From assembly GCA_050916045.1 (NCBI GenBank), contig CP051526.1, positions 3,487,015-3,551,014 of the forward strand: a stretch of DNA of 64,000 nucleotides, given 5' to 3'. Both the position numbers and the translations under genes were made by a program. The notes beneath the pieces are model-generated. The model had not been told where the DNA came from. It saw only the letters and a list, made by a program, of their open reading frames with translations, and searched no databases. The first letter of the stretch is position 1; every line of letters begins with the position of its first letter. Source of the stretch: Tepidisphaera sp. (lineage in GTDB: Bacteria > Planctomycetota > Phycisphaerae > Phycisphaerales > UBA1924). Below, piece after piece: positions 16,368 to 25,532 of the stretch.

Positions 16368-19238
16368 ATGAGCGGCATCACTTCGGGTACCGGCATCTTC
16401 AGCGGCGTCAATTCCGCCGACCTGATCGAGCAGCTGCTCGCCGTCGACGCGCGTCCCAAGACCGCCATGCAGCGCCGCAGCAGCTCCCTGTCCCTCCAGC
16501 AGACCGTCTTCCGCGACTTCAACAGCAAGCTCAGCAACATGAAGTCGATCCTCCGCGGAATCCGCGAAGCCAAGACCTTCCGCGCCGCCAAAGCCGTCAG
16601 CAACAACGAAGCCGCGATCAAAGCCACCGCTTCCAACAACGCCGCCGCCGGCTCGTACGAGTTCACCGTCGACCGGCTCGTCTCCACTCAGCAAATGCTC
16701 TCGCGCGGGTTCGGCGACCGCGACACCGCGGGCCTGGGCGCGACTCGATTCACGGTCGAATCCACGCTCGGCCGTCTCGACCGCGACACGCCGCTTTCCG
16801 AGCTCAACGGCGGCGCCGGCGTCGCCCGCGGCAAGGTCGTGATCACCGACTCCGCGAACAACACCGCGACCGTGGACCTCAGCCGCGTCGCCAGCATCTC
16901 CGAGGTGGTCGAAGCCATCAACTCCAACGGCACCGCCCGCGTCAACGCCCGTGTCGTCGATGACAAGCTGGTCCTCACGGACCGCGCCGGCGGCGGCGGA
17001 ACGATGAACGTCGCCAACGCGGCCGGCTTCACCACCGCGACCAGCCTCGGCATCGCGGGCACGGCGTCAGGCGGGACGCTCTCGGGCTCCTCGCTGATCT
17101 CCCTCTCGAACTCGACCCTGCTCTCGACGCTCAACGACTCCAACGGCATCGCGATCTCGCAGACCTCCACCCCCAGCGACTACTCGATCCGGATCGCGGT
17201 CGGATCGACCAACGTCAACGTCAATCTCGGCGATGTCTGGCAGTCCACCCCCGGCTCGGACGTCAATACCAAGGTCAAGAGCGCGGTGACCACCGTCGGC
17301 GGCGTGATCGAACGCATCAACGAAGCCCTCACCGCCGCGGGCGTCACCACCGCTTCCGCATCCATCGGGCCTGACGGCAAGCGTCTGCGCCTCACCGACT
17401 CCAACAACGCGATCATCACCGTGACCAACAGCGGATCCACGCAGACCGCCGAGATGCTCGGCCTGGCCGGAACGGGCGTCACCGCGGCCAACGGGTCTGT
17501 CTCCGGCCGCCGCGTGCTTTCGGGCATGGCGACGACGCTCGCCAGCAGCCTCAACGGCGGCTCGGGCATCGGCGGCAACGGCGTGGTGGACATCACGGCG
17601 CGCGACGGGACGTCTTTCAGCGTCAACATCGATCAGAACGCATCCCTGGCGCAGATCGCCGCTTCGATCGAGTCCGCTTCGGGCACGATCTCGGGCGGTC
17701 CGAAGATCAGCGTCCGCGTGAACGACAAAGGCACGGGCCTGGCGATCGTGGACAACACCGGCGGCTCATCCAACCTCATCGTGCGCGGCACGGACGGCGA
17801 CGACACCGCCGCCGCGCTGGGCATCGCGACGTCGGCCACCGGCGTCGCGTCCGCCAGCATCCAGGGCAGCAACCTCCAGCGCCAGTACGTCAGCAGCGCG
17901 ACGCTTCTCTCGTCGCTCAACAACGGCAAGGGTGTCGGCACGGGCACGATGCGCCTCACGGACGCGACGGGCACCACCGCCAACATCACTCTGAGCTCCA
18001 CCACCCGCACCGTCGAGGACATGATCAAGCAGCTCAACGCCTCGGGCCTGGCGATCTCCGCTTCGCTGAACTCCCAGGGTGACGGCATCGTGCTGACGAG
18101 CACCTCCAACGCCACCGGCAAGATCAAGGTCGAGGACACCTCCGGACAGGTTGCCAAGAACCTCAACCTCGCGGGAGAAGCCAAGGGCTCGGGCGTGCTC
18201 AACACGATCGACGGCAGCTTCGAGCGTCAGATCGAGTTCTCCGCCGCCGACTCCCTCAGCACCGTCGCTTCCAAGATCAACAGCGCCAACGCCGGCGTCG
18301 TCGCGGCCATCGTCAACGACGGCTCGACCGCCGCTCCCTTCCGTCTCAACCTCACCGCCTCCACCTCCGGCGCCTCGGGACGGTTCCAGATCGACACCAA
18401 CGGGTTTGACCTCGGGCTGACGACGATGCAGAGCGGCCAGGATTCGCGAGTCTTCTTCGGGTCAAGCGACCCCGCCCGCGGCCTGCTCCTGACCAGCAGC
18501 ACCAATACCGTCGACAACGCGATCCAGGGCGTCAAGCTCGACCTCCTCGCCACCACGACCTCGTCGGTGATGATCAACGTCTCGCGAGACTCCGGCGCCA
18601 TCGAAGCCAAGATCGACGAGTTCATCACGGCCTACAACGCCCTCTCCGATTCCATCAAGGCGCAGTCGAGCTACGACACCGAGTCCAAACGCGCGGGCCC
18701 GCTCCTCGGCGACGGCACCACCATCGCCCTCCGCCAGACCATGACCTCCACCATCCAGGGACGACCCATCGGCGTCACCCCTCGATTCAACCGCGTCGGC
18801 GAGATCGGCATCAAGGTCGCCAAGGACGGCAAGCTGGAGTTCAACAAGGACAAGTTCCGCGAAGCCGTCGCGCAGGACGCCGACAGCGTCGAGAGAATGC
18901 TCTTCGCCAGGGTCCAGACCAACCTCGGCGGCGTTCGCGATCTCGGCGGCGGAGCTTCGGTCATCGACCCCGACCAGCCCGATCAATTCTCCGAGCTCGG
19001 CATCTTCACCCAGTTCGAGGAGATGGCCACCCGCTACATCGACTCCACCCGAGGCATCCTCACCGGCAAGGACAAGAGCATCACAAGCCTCACCGAGAAC
19101 ATCTCCAAGCAGATCGCCGCTCTCGACAGCCGCATCGCTTCCAAGCGCGTGGTTCTCCAGCAACAGTTCCTCCGCATGGAGAAAACCATCGGAAGGCTCC
19201 AGAGCCAGCAGAGTTCGCTCGCCAGCATGTCAGGATGA
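16368..19238 (+). CDS. fliD: flagellar filament capping protein FliD (hook-associated protein 2), unusually long
   Basis: Track ORF 16296..19238 trimmed to the ATG at 16368, which is preceded by the RBS-like ggagg. The N-terminus (MSGITSGTGIFSGVNSADLIEQLLAVDARP) and C-terminus (LQQQFLRMEKTIGRLQSQQSSL) are FliD-like. The central region holds five IN-motif modules. Confidence 0.85.
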   Translation: MSGITSGTGIFSGVNSADLIEQLLAVDARPKTAMQRRSSSLSLQQTVFRDFNSKLSNMKSILRGIREAKTFRAAKAVSNNEAAIKATASNNAAAGSYEFTVDRLVSTQQMLSRGFGDRDTAGLGATRFTVESTLGRLDRDTPLSELNGGAGVARGKVVITDSANNTATVDLSRVASISEVVEAINSNGTARVNARVVDDKLVLTDRAGGGGTMNVANAAGFTTATSLGIAGTASGGTLSGSSLISLSNSTLLSTLNDSNGIAISQTSTPSDYSIRIAVGSTNVNVNLGDVWQSTPGSDVNTKVKSAVTTVGGVIERINEALTAAGVTTASASIGPDGKRLRLTDSNNAIITVTNSGSTQTAEMLGLAGTGVTAANGSVSGRRVLSGMATTLASSLNGGSGIGGNGVVDITARDGTSFSVNIDQNASLAQIAASIESASGTISGGPKISVRVNDKGTGLAIVDNTGGSSNLIVRGTDGDDTAAALGIATSATGVASASIQGSNLQRQYVSSATLLSSLNNGKGVGTGTMRLTDATGTTANITLSSTTRTVEDMIKQLNASGLAISASLNSQGDGIVLTSTSNATGKIKVEDTSGQVAKNLNLAGEAKGSGVLNTIDGSFERQIEFSAADSLSTVASKINSANAGVVAAIVNDGSTAAPFRLNLTASTSGASGRFQIDTNGFDLGLTTMQSGQDSRVFFGSSDPARGLLLTSSTNTVDNAIQGVKLDLLATTTSSVMINVSRDSGAIEAKIDEFITAYNALSDSIKAQSSYDTESKRAGPLLGDGTTIALRQTMTSTIQGRPIGVTPRFNRVGEIGIKVAKDGKLEFNKDKFREAVAQDADSVERMLFARVQTNLGGVRDLGGGASVIDPDQPDQFSELGIFTQFEEMATRYIDSTRGILTGKDKSITSLTENISKQIAALDSRIASKRVVLQQQFLRMEKTIGRLQSQQSSLASMSG

Positions 19239-19287
19239 CCGCTCCAGGCGTCAAGTCACGACCTCCGCCGGACGATGATCCTCCACC

Positions 19288-19740
19288 ATGAGCACTTCCA
19301 CCGCCTTCCAGAATCAGCAGAATCCGCCGCTCAGCCAGTACCTCAAGACCAAGGTCTTGACCGCAGGGCCGGCCGACCTGCGCCTGCTGCTGCTCGACGG
19401 TGCCATCAAGTTCGCCCGCCAGGGACGCGAGGGAATCGCCAAGAAGGACTACGAAGCCATGTTCAACGGCATCTCGCAGTGCCGGGACATCGTCGTTGAG
19501 CTCATGACCACCATCGCCCCCTCCGTCGAACCCTCCCTGGCCGAGAAAGTCCGCGGCGTCCTGACCTTCATGTTCACCGAGCTCACCAACGCCAGCATGG
19601 AGCGGAGCGTCGACAAAATGGACAGGATCATCGGACTCCTCGAGTTCGAACGCGAAACCTGGGCCATGCTCATCGACAAGCTCAAGACCGAGCAGGCCGG
19701 CGCGAAAGCCCCGAACACCGCCGTCTCCCTCGCAGGCTAA
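19288..19740 (+). CDS. fliS: flagellar export chaperone FliS
   Basis: 150-aa ORF directly downstream of fliD with a FliS-like helical bundle sequence (YLKTKVLTAGPADLRLLLLDGAIKFARQ...ISQCRDIVVELMTT). Confidence 0.85.
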   Translation: MSTSTAFQNQQNPPLSQYLKTKVLTAGPADLRLLLLDGAIKFARQGREGIAKKDYEAMFNGISQCRDIVVELMTTIAPSVEPSLAEKVRGVLTFMFTELTNASMERSVDKMDRIIGLLEFERETWAMLIDKLKTEQAGAKAPNTAVSLAG

Positions 19741-19772
19741 GCACGCAGGCCAAACACGCGGGCTGAACTCCC

Positions 19773-20333
19773 TCAGACCCTCGGCCGCCGCGAACCCCTC
19801 GACACCGCCGCCGAGATCACCCCGACAAGCACGCTCGCCGCTCCGACCTGAAGCACCATGGAAGCGTGCGGGTGCGCCGCCGAAAACGCCGCTTTGTACT
19901 GCGCGGCTTTCGCCCCATCACCCTCGCGGGCCGCCGCCCAATACGCCATCAGGTCCTGATCCATCGCCGGCGCAAGCACCAAGCCATTGTACACCGCGAG
20001 GCTCGCCGCTACGCCCACCGCGATCCACCGGACCGCAAGCCACACCCCGCCCGAAAGCCCAAGCCGCGTCGCCACCGCAAGCGACACCACCGCCACCGCC
20101 GACACCACAAGCTGGGCACGGTCCGCGATCGAAAACACCCGACGACCCACGTGTCCCGCCGCGATCATCCAGTGTTCGCCGGTGTACGACGCGAAACCCG
20201 GAAGCCTCGGATCAAGGTCCCGCATCACCGGAAAGACCACAGCCGCCGCAAGCCCCGCCCCCACCAGCGCGGACAGCCAGACCGCGAGCGAAGCCGCGTG
20301 GATCCCCTCGACTGTGCGTTCCAATCGGTTCAT
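19773..20333 (-). CDS. four-helix membrane protein (DUF4149/TMEM205-like by eye)
   Basis: 186-aa ORF with four hydrophobic segments. Its N-terminus AASLAVWLSALVGAGLAAAVVFPVM resembles DUF4149 proteins from memory. Confidence 0.5.
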   Translation of the reverse strand: MNRLERTVEGIHAASLAVWLSALVGAGLAAAVVFPVMRDLDPRLPGFASYTGEHWMIAAGHVGRRVFSIADRAQLVVSAVAVVSLAVATRLGLSGGVWLAVRWIAVGVAASLAVYNGLVLAPAMDQDLMAYWAAAREGDGAKAAQYKAAFSAAHPHASMVLQVGAASVLVGVISAAVSRGSRRPRV

Positions 20334-20361
20334 CGCCTGATCGTACGACCTACAACTCTCC

Positions 20362-21093
20362 GTGAGCGACCTCCCCCTTCACCTCTCCATCGCGGGTCTC
20401 CGCTTCGCCGACCGCGTCACGCGCGACGCGCGCACCCTCATCGAATGGTGCCCGGCGGACGGCGTGCGCGGCGTGGTCCTCGACGGCACGCTCCCCTCGC
20501 TCCGCGCCCGCGAGTTGGACCGGTCCGCGAGGCGAGACCTCGCCGCGCTGCTCCGCAGGCTCGGGCTTTCGCTCGGCGGGGTCGACCTCTGGATCCCCGC
20601 GGAGCACTTCGCGCAGGGGGCGTTCGTGGATCGCGCCGTCGCCGCGACGCTGGGCGCTTCGGAACTCGCCGGCGAGCTTGCGGATCTTCTCGGCCAGCCG
20701 CGCTCGTCCGCTTCGGTAAACGTCGAACTGCCCGAGGAGCTTCACCCCGACGCGGCCCGCGGGCTGAGCGGGGATGTTGGCGCGATGATCGTCGACCACC
20801 GCGCCCGCTCGCCTCAGGATCGTCGCAAGGGCGTGGATCCCGCTTCGGTTCTGATGAGCGGCGGCGATCCGTCCGCGACGCTTCTCGCGCTGGCGGGGCG
20901 CGGTCCGCTTGCTCGCCTCAGCGACGCCGGAAGCGTCGGGCGGTGCACGGTGGGGATGGGCAGGCTTCGTATCGCCGACTACGCGATGGCGGCGGCCGCG
21001 GCGGGCGCCGACCGGGTCACGCTTGATCTTCGCGGGCTTGATGACGCGGAATCCGCGCGAGCGCAAGCGCTCGCCGCGTGGCGAGGGGCTTGA
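20362..21093 (+). CDS. xylose isomerase-like TIM-barrel (sugar phosphate isomerase/epimerase) family protein
   Basis: 243-aa ORF with a GTG start. It has weak family resemblance (GVVLDGTLPSLRARELDRSARRDLAALLRRLGLSLGGVDLW). Assignment is tentative. Confidence 0.4.
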   Translation: MSDLPLHLSIAGLRFADRVTRDARTLIEWCPADGVRGVVLDGTLPSLRARELDRSARRDLAALLRRLGLSLGGVDLWIPAEHFAQGAFVDRAVAATLGASELAGELADLLGQPRSSASVNVELPEELHPDAARGLSGDVGAMIVDHRARSPQDRRKGVDPASVLMSGGDPSATLLALAGRGPLARLSDAGSVGRCTVGMGRLRIADYAMAAAAAGADRVTLDLRGLDDAESARAQALAAWRGA

Positions 21094-21132
21094 ATCACGC
21101 GAGATGGAGCCTCGAAGGCGAGCGCGGATCGC

Positions 21133-21879
21133 TCAGGCCATCGTCATGCCGCCGTCGACGATCAGCGTCTGGCCGGTGAGGAACCCGGCGTCGTCGGAGG
21201 TCACGTACGCGACCGCCGCGGCGATGTCGTCGACCGTGCCCAAGCGGCGGACCGCGACCATGTCCTGAATCTTCTGCTTGATCTCTTCAGGCAGCGAAGC
21301 GGTCATGTCCGTCTCGATGTAGCCCGGCGCGACCACGTTGCACGTGATGCCCTTGCCGCCGAGTTCGCGGGCGATGGACTTGCTGAGGCCGACGAGCCCG
21401 GCTTTCGCGGCGGCGTAGTTGGCCTGGCCCGCGTTGCCGACGATCCCGCTGGTGGACCCGATGTTGACGATGCGGCCAAAGCGGTTCTTCATCATGAGCC
21501 GCCCGGCGACGCGGGCGGCGATGAACGCGGAGGTCAGGTTCGTCTGAAGCACCGTGCCCCAGTCCTCGTCGGACATGCGGAGCAGCAGGCCGTCCTTGGT
21601 GATCCCCGCGTTGTTGACGAGGATGTCGAGGCGGCCGAGCTCGGTGCCGACGGCTTCGATCGCGGCGCCGAACGCTTTGTTGTCGGCGATATCGCAGGTC
21701 TTGACGCTGGCGCTGCCGCCGGCGGCTTCGATCTGGGCTTTGAGGTCGTTGAGGGGGCCTTCGCTTCGGGCCATGAGGACGACGTGGCGTCCCTGTGCGG
21801 CGAGGCGGAGAGCGACGCCCTTGCCGATGCCGCGGCTGGCTCCGGTGACGAGAGCGACGCGTTTGAGAGCGGTGGACAT
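21133..21879 (-). CDS. fabG: 3-oxoacyl-[acyl-carrier-protein] reductase
   Basis: 248 aa. Motifs are VALVTGASRGIGKG, NNAGIT, the catalytic YAAAKAG, and the C-terminal GQTLIVDGGMTMA typical of FabG. It lies in the same strand cluster as fabD. Confidence 0.9.
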   Translation of the reverse strand: MSTALKRVALVTGASRGIGKGVALRLAAQGRHVVLMARSEGPLNDLKAQIEAAGGSASVKTCDIADNKAFGAAIEAVGTELGRLDILVNNAGITKDGLLLRMSDEDWGTVLQTNLTSAFIAARVAGRLMMKNRFGRIVNIGSTSGIVGNAGQANYAAAKAGLVGLSKSIARELGGKGITCNVVAPGYIETDMTASLPEEIKQKIQDMVAVRRLGTVDDIAAAVAYVTSDDAGFLTGQTLIVDGGMTMA

Positions 21880-21894
21880 GCGTGCTCCTTGAGA

Positions 21895-22860
21895 TCAGCC
21901 GCCGGTGGCCGCGGGGGTTTCGCTTTCGGCCGGGGCGCCGCCGGAGTCGGTGTTGAAGAGCACATCAAAGTCGGAGGCGCGGCGCTGGTTGGGCTGCTGA
22001 GCCGCGCTGCTGGCTTTGAACGTCCACTGTCCGTTGACCTCGACGGCGATCCAGCCGAGGACGTAAGCGACGCCGGGCTCCTGAACAGCGAGGGTCACGG
22101 TGAACGCGCCCGAATCGCCGGCGGATTCGGCCTTGGGCTCGGCTTTGGGCTCGTCCTTGGGCTTGAGCTTCTCGAAGGTGGAGAGGCGTTCCTCGAGCAG
22201 CTTGGCTTGGGCTTCGGTGAGCACGCCCGTGTCGACCATGGAGTCGAGCTTGCCCTTGACGATCTCGACGATCTTCTCAACGTCGGCGGTCGTCGGCTCG
22301 TGGCCAAGCTCGGTCTTGAGCTCTTCCTTGCTGGCGTCGGGGAGGGTCTGGAGGAAGAGCTTGAGCATCTCTTCCTTGATGTCGTTGCCGATGGGAGCGG
22401 CGGACTCGGTCGTCGCGCTCTCGGCCCCGTCGATGATCCGCACGACGCGGACCGACTCAATCTTCTTGGTCTGTTCCTGCCACGCTTTGGAAGCGACCAT
22501 GCCCTTGAGCTGGTTGCGTGACGCGGGGTCGATGAGCCCGCCGAACTTCTTGTCATCGCCGCGGGCGAGCCCGTCGGCCAGGGAGATGATGGCTTCGGCC
22601 AGCGGCTCCTTGGTCGTCTTGACGCCCGGAGCGACCGCCACGCGGCGATCGGCCTTCATAGTCTGAGCGACCGCTTTGAAGTCCACGGGGACCTCAGGCG
22701 GAGGCGGGGGCGGGCCTTGCGGGGCCGGGGGCAGAGGCGGCGGAGCCTTCTTCTTGCAGCCTTCCATCACGGAGACGCCGACGACGAGCGGCGAGACGGT
22801 GGCCGCGACGAGCAGAATCGCGAGCAGGCGGTGCGACCAGTGGCGAGACGTTGACTTCAT
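21895..22860 (-). CDS. probable lipoprotein with Pro-rich linker, function unknown
   Basis: Track ORF 21895..22902 trimmed to the ATG at 22860 (MKSTSRHWSHRLLAILLVAATVSPLVVGVSVMEGC). A KKKAPPPLPPAPQGPPPPPPE linker follows, then a domain of about 270 aa with no recognised motifs. Confidence 0.6.
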   Translation of the reverse strand: MKSTSRHWSHRLLAILLVAATVSPLVVGVSVMEGCKKKAPPPLPPAPQGPPPPPPEVPVDFKAVAQTMKADRRVAVAPGVKTTKEPLAEAIISLADGLARGDDKKFGGLIDPASRNQLKGMVASKAWQEQTKKIESVRVVRIIDGAESATTESAAPIGNDIKEEMLKLFLQTLPDASKEELKTELGHEPTTADVEKIVEIVKGKLDSMVDTGVLTEAQAKLLEERLSTFEKLKPKDEPKAEPKAESAGDSGAFTVTLAVQEPGVAYVLGWIAVEVNGQWTFKASSAAQQPNQRRASDFDVLFNTDSGGAPAESETPAATGG

Positions 22861-22963
22861 GAGAAGGGTCCTTGGAGCTTGAGATCCTCGCTTTGCGGAC
22901 AAAGCGGGGAAAGGTACAGCGAGCGGTTCAGCGATTCGTTGAGCGGGTGGTTCAGCGGAAACT

Positions 22964-23953
22964 TCAGGCGGGGTCCTCGTGAGCGGTGACCTTGACGTTC
23001 TTGTCGATCCGGCGCATCAGCCCCGCGAGCGTCTTGCCCGGAGCCAGTTCGTGCGCCTCGGCCGGCTTGTTGCTATTGGACGCCGAAGAAGCCAGCACGT
23101 TCCCGGCAAGCCATGAGCAATTCTGAGCCCAGCGGACCGGGTGCGTCAGCTGCTGCACGAGGGCTTTGCGAACACCGGCCGCGGAATCGGCCGTTTCGTG
23201 GGCCACGCCCGTCACGTTCGAAAGCACGGGGCAGCGGGCCGCTTTGATGGTCGTCGTCGCCAGAGCCGCCGCCAGCCGCTCCGCGGCCGGAGCCATCAGC
23301 GGGCTATGGAACGCCCCCGCCACCGCCAGCGCCGTCGCTCGGAGCCCCATCGCCGTCGCGACCGGGAGAGCCCGCTCGCACGCCGCTTTCGAGCCCGAGA
23401 TCACAATCTGTCCCGGAGCGTTGAAGTTGGCGCAGACGAGCACGTCGCCGCCCCGGGCCTGCGCACAGACCTCCATCGCCTGAGCTTCATCGGCTCCGAT
23501 CAGAGCGATCATCCCGCTTGGCGTCGCTTCCGCGGCGTCCTGCATCGCCCGACCGCGAAGGGTCACAAGCTCCAAGCCGTCCTCGAAAGAAATCGCTCCG
23601 CCAACGACCAAAGCCGTGTACTCGCCGAGGGACAGACCCGCCGTCGCGGCAAGGGGGGCTTCGCCCGGCCCGTACCGCCACGCGGCTTGCAACCCGGCCC
23701 ACGACGCCAGCGAGCAGGCGAAAATCGCGGGCTGGCTCGCGTCCGTCTGGTTCAGACGTTCGGCGGGCCCCTCAAAGCAAAGCTTGGTCAGGGGCATCCC
23801 GAGACGGCTTCCAAGGACCCGATCGGCGGTGTCAAAGACCTGGCGAGCTTCCGGAGAAGCGTCGAACCACGCTTTGCCCATGCCGACCGCTTGCGCACCC
23901 TGACCGGGGCAAAGCACGGCGAGCGATGACGGGTTGGAAGGGGGCTGATCCAT
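22964..23953 (-). CDS. fabD: malonyl CoA-acyl carrier protein transacylase
   Basis: 329 aa. Motifs are LCPGQGAQAVGMG, the active-site GLSLGEYTAL, and GAFHSPLM. Confidence 0.9.
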   Translation of the reverse strand: MDQPPSNPSSLAVLCPGQGAQAVGMGKAWFDASPEARQVFDTADRVLGSRLGMPLTKLCFEGPAERLNQTDASQPAIFACSLASWAGLQAAWRYGPGEAPLAATAGLSLGEYTALVVGGAISFEDGLELVTLRGRAMQDAAEATPSGMIALIGADEAQAMEVCAQARGGDVLVCANFNAPGQIVISGSKAACERALPVATAMGLRATALAVAGAFHSPLMAPAAERLAAALATTTIKAARCPVLSNVTGVAHETADSAAGVRKALVQQLTHPVRWAQNCSWLAGNVLASSASNSNKPAEAHELAPGKTLAGLMRRIDKNVKVTAHEDPA

Positions 23954-24007
23954 GCGGGCACCATGATAGCGTGTGCCCCGCGAAACGCCCGAAACCCGAC
24001 CATCCTG

Positions 24008-24661
24008 CTACCGAGCGGGCGGGGGCGGTACAACGAACTCGATCCGGAACGAACCGGATTCCGAGTCGGTTCGCACGGTTCCGCCACCATACTCGATCCG
24101 AGACTGGATCGTCACGATCGCGTCTCGGGATGGCATCGCCGATTCCGTCCGCAGGTCGTACGCCAGAACGAAATCCGCCAGATCGTGGGTGTCCACGACC
24201 CCATCGGCATTGAAGTCCGCCTGCGGGTCCGACCACTCCCACAGATCCTCAAACGCGGCAATGTCCGCTTCGTTCAGCTGACCATCGCCATCGACGTCCG
24301 CCGTCCACGTGGGGGCGTTCACCAACCGAAGGATGGCTTTCCCGTCCGATCCGCCATCGATCCGGGAAAGCAGGATCGACTCCTGCAAAGCTCCTGCGCC
24401 GGCTTCGAGAACGTCGCGATTCCGCACACGAGGGGCGGAAGTCTCGACAGCTTCCCACCCGGCCGACGTCTCGCCCGACGGCCATCGGGCCGGGCCGCTC
24501 TCGGACGCCGTGCGCCCGCCAGTCGAGGGCTCGGCCGGGAAAGGCGAGAGCGCCTCGGCGGACGCCGAGCGAGGACCGGAGGCGGAAATGGTCACAAGCC
24601 ACATCGCCGCCGCCAAAATGATGGCGACCGTCACGACCAACGACCGTACTGAGATTGACAT
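24008..24661 (-). CDS. membrane-anchored or secreted protein with internal dockerin/EF-hand-like Ca-loop pair
   Basis: Track ORF 24008..24766 trimmed to the ATG at 24661 (MSISVRSLVVTVAIILAAAMWLV). It contains DVDGDGQLNEADIAAF and DFNADGVVDTHDLADFV loops. It does not end in Gly-Cys. Confidence 0.6.
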   Translation of the reverse strand: MSISVRSLVVTVAIILAAAMWLVTISASGPRSASAEALSPFPAEPSTGGRTASESGPARWPSGETSAGWEAVETSAPRVRNRDVLEAGAGALQESILLSRIDGGSDGKAILRLVNAPTWTADVDGDGQLNEADIAAFEDLWEWSDPQADFNADGVVDTHDLADFVLAYDLRTESAMPSRDAIVTIQSRIEYGGGTVRTDSESGSFRIEFVVPPPPAR

Positions 24662-24902
24662 GAGAAGCCGTCTCCGTCCGCTGGCGAGACGACGGTTGCC
24701 GCTCGCCCGCTCGCCCTGTGTGCCCCGCGCGTCTGCATGACCCTTCCAAAACACGAATCTGTACACACGGACGGATTTTCTATCCGCTCGGCTCTTGTAT
24801 ATCGCACTGTGGCTCGGAAGGGTTCAATAAAGCTGGCGAAAGCCCCGAAACAAGGATTGCCGCGTGGAAACCTGTTGTTTTCCGGAGGGTTGCGATACGC
24901 TC

Positions 24903-25532
24903 ATGGAGCCCCTGCGAAGGACGCGTTCCATGACGATTGATCCACAGCTTGACCCCCGCAAAGACCTCACGGTGCTGCTTTCAGCCGCAGCCGGAGGCGA
25001 TCCCACGGCCGGCGAACGGCTGCTCCCACTGGTCTACGAAGAACTCCGCAAGCTCGCCGCCGCGCGGCTGGCCCGCGAGCCGGGCGGCGGCGCGGGCTTC
25101 ACGCTCGAGCCGACGGCCCTCGTGCACGAGGCGTATCTCAAGCTGATCGGTCCAGGCGATATCCATTGGAACGGGCGGGGGCACTTCTTCGGTGCCGCCG
25201 CGCTGGCGATGCGACGCATTCTGATCGATCGCGCCCGGGGCCGCAAAGGCGCACGCGGCAAGCGTCAGAACATCGAGATCGAAGCCCTCGCCGCCGAACC
25301 GGAACCGGATGAGCTGCTCGCGATCGACGAATCGCTCAAGAAGCTCGAGGTGGTCGACAAGCGCAAGTACGACGTGGTCATGCTGCGGTACTTCGCGGGC
25401 CTCTCGATCGAGGACACCGCCGCCGCTCTGTCGATCAGTCCGGCGACGGTGAAGAACGACTGGACGTTCGCGCGGGCCTGGCTCAAACGCGAAGTTTCGG
25501 GACGCGCCGAGTCGGACGGTGACCGCGCATGA
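24903..25532 (+). CDS. ECF-type RNA polymerase sigma factor (PF07638-like, kinase-associated type)
   Basis: Track ORF 24864..25532 (GTG start); the ATG at 24903 is preferred. Characteristic segments are LLPLVYEELRKLAAARL, EPTALVHEAYLKL, ILIDRAR and VVMLRYFAGLSIEDTAAALSISPATVKNDW. The stop overlaps the kinase start (ATGA at 25529-25532). Confidence 0.85.
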   Translation: MEPLRRTRSMTIDPQLDPRKDLTVLLSAAAGGDPTAGERLLPLVYEELRKLAAARLAREPGGGAGFTLEPTALVHEAYLKLIGPGDIHWNGRGHFFGAAALAMRRILIDRARGRKGARGKRQNIEIEALAAEPEPDELLAIDESLKKLEVVDKRKYDVVMLRYFAGLSIEDTAAALSISPATVKNDWTFARAWLKREVSGRAESDGDRA

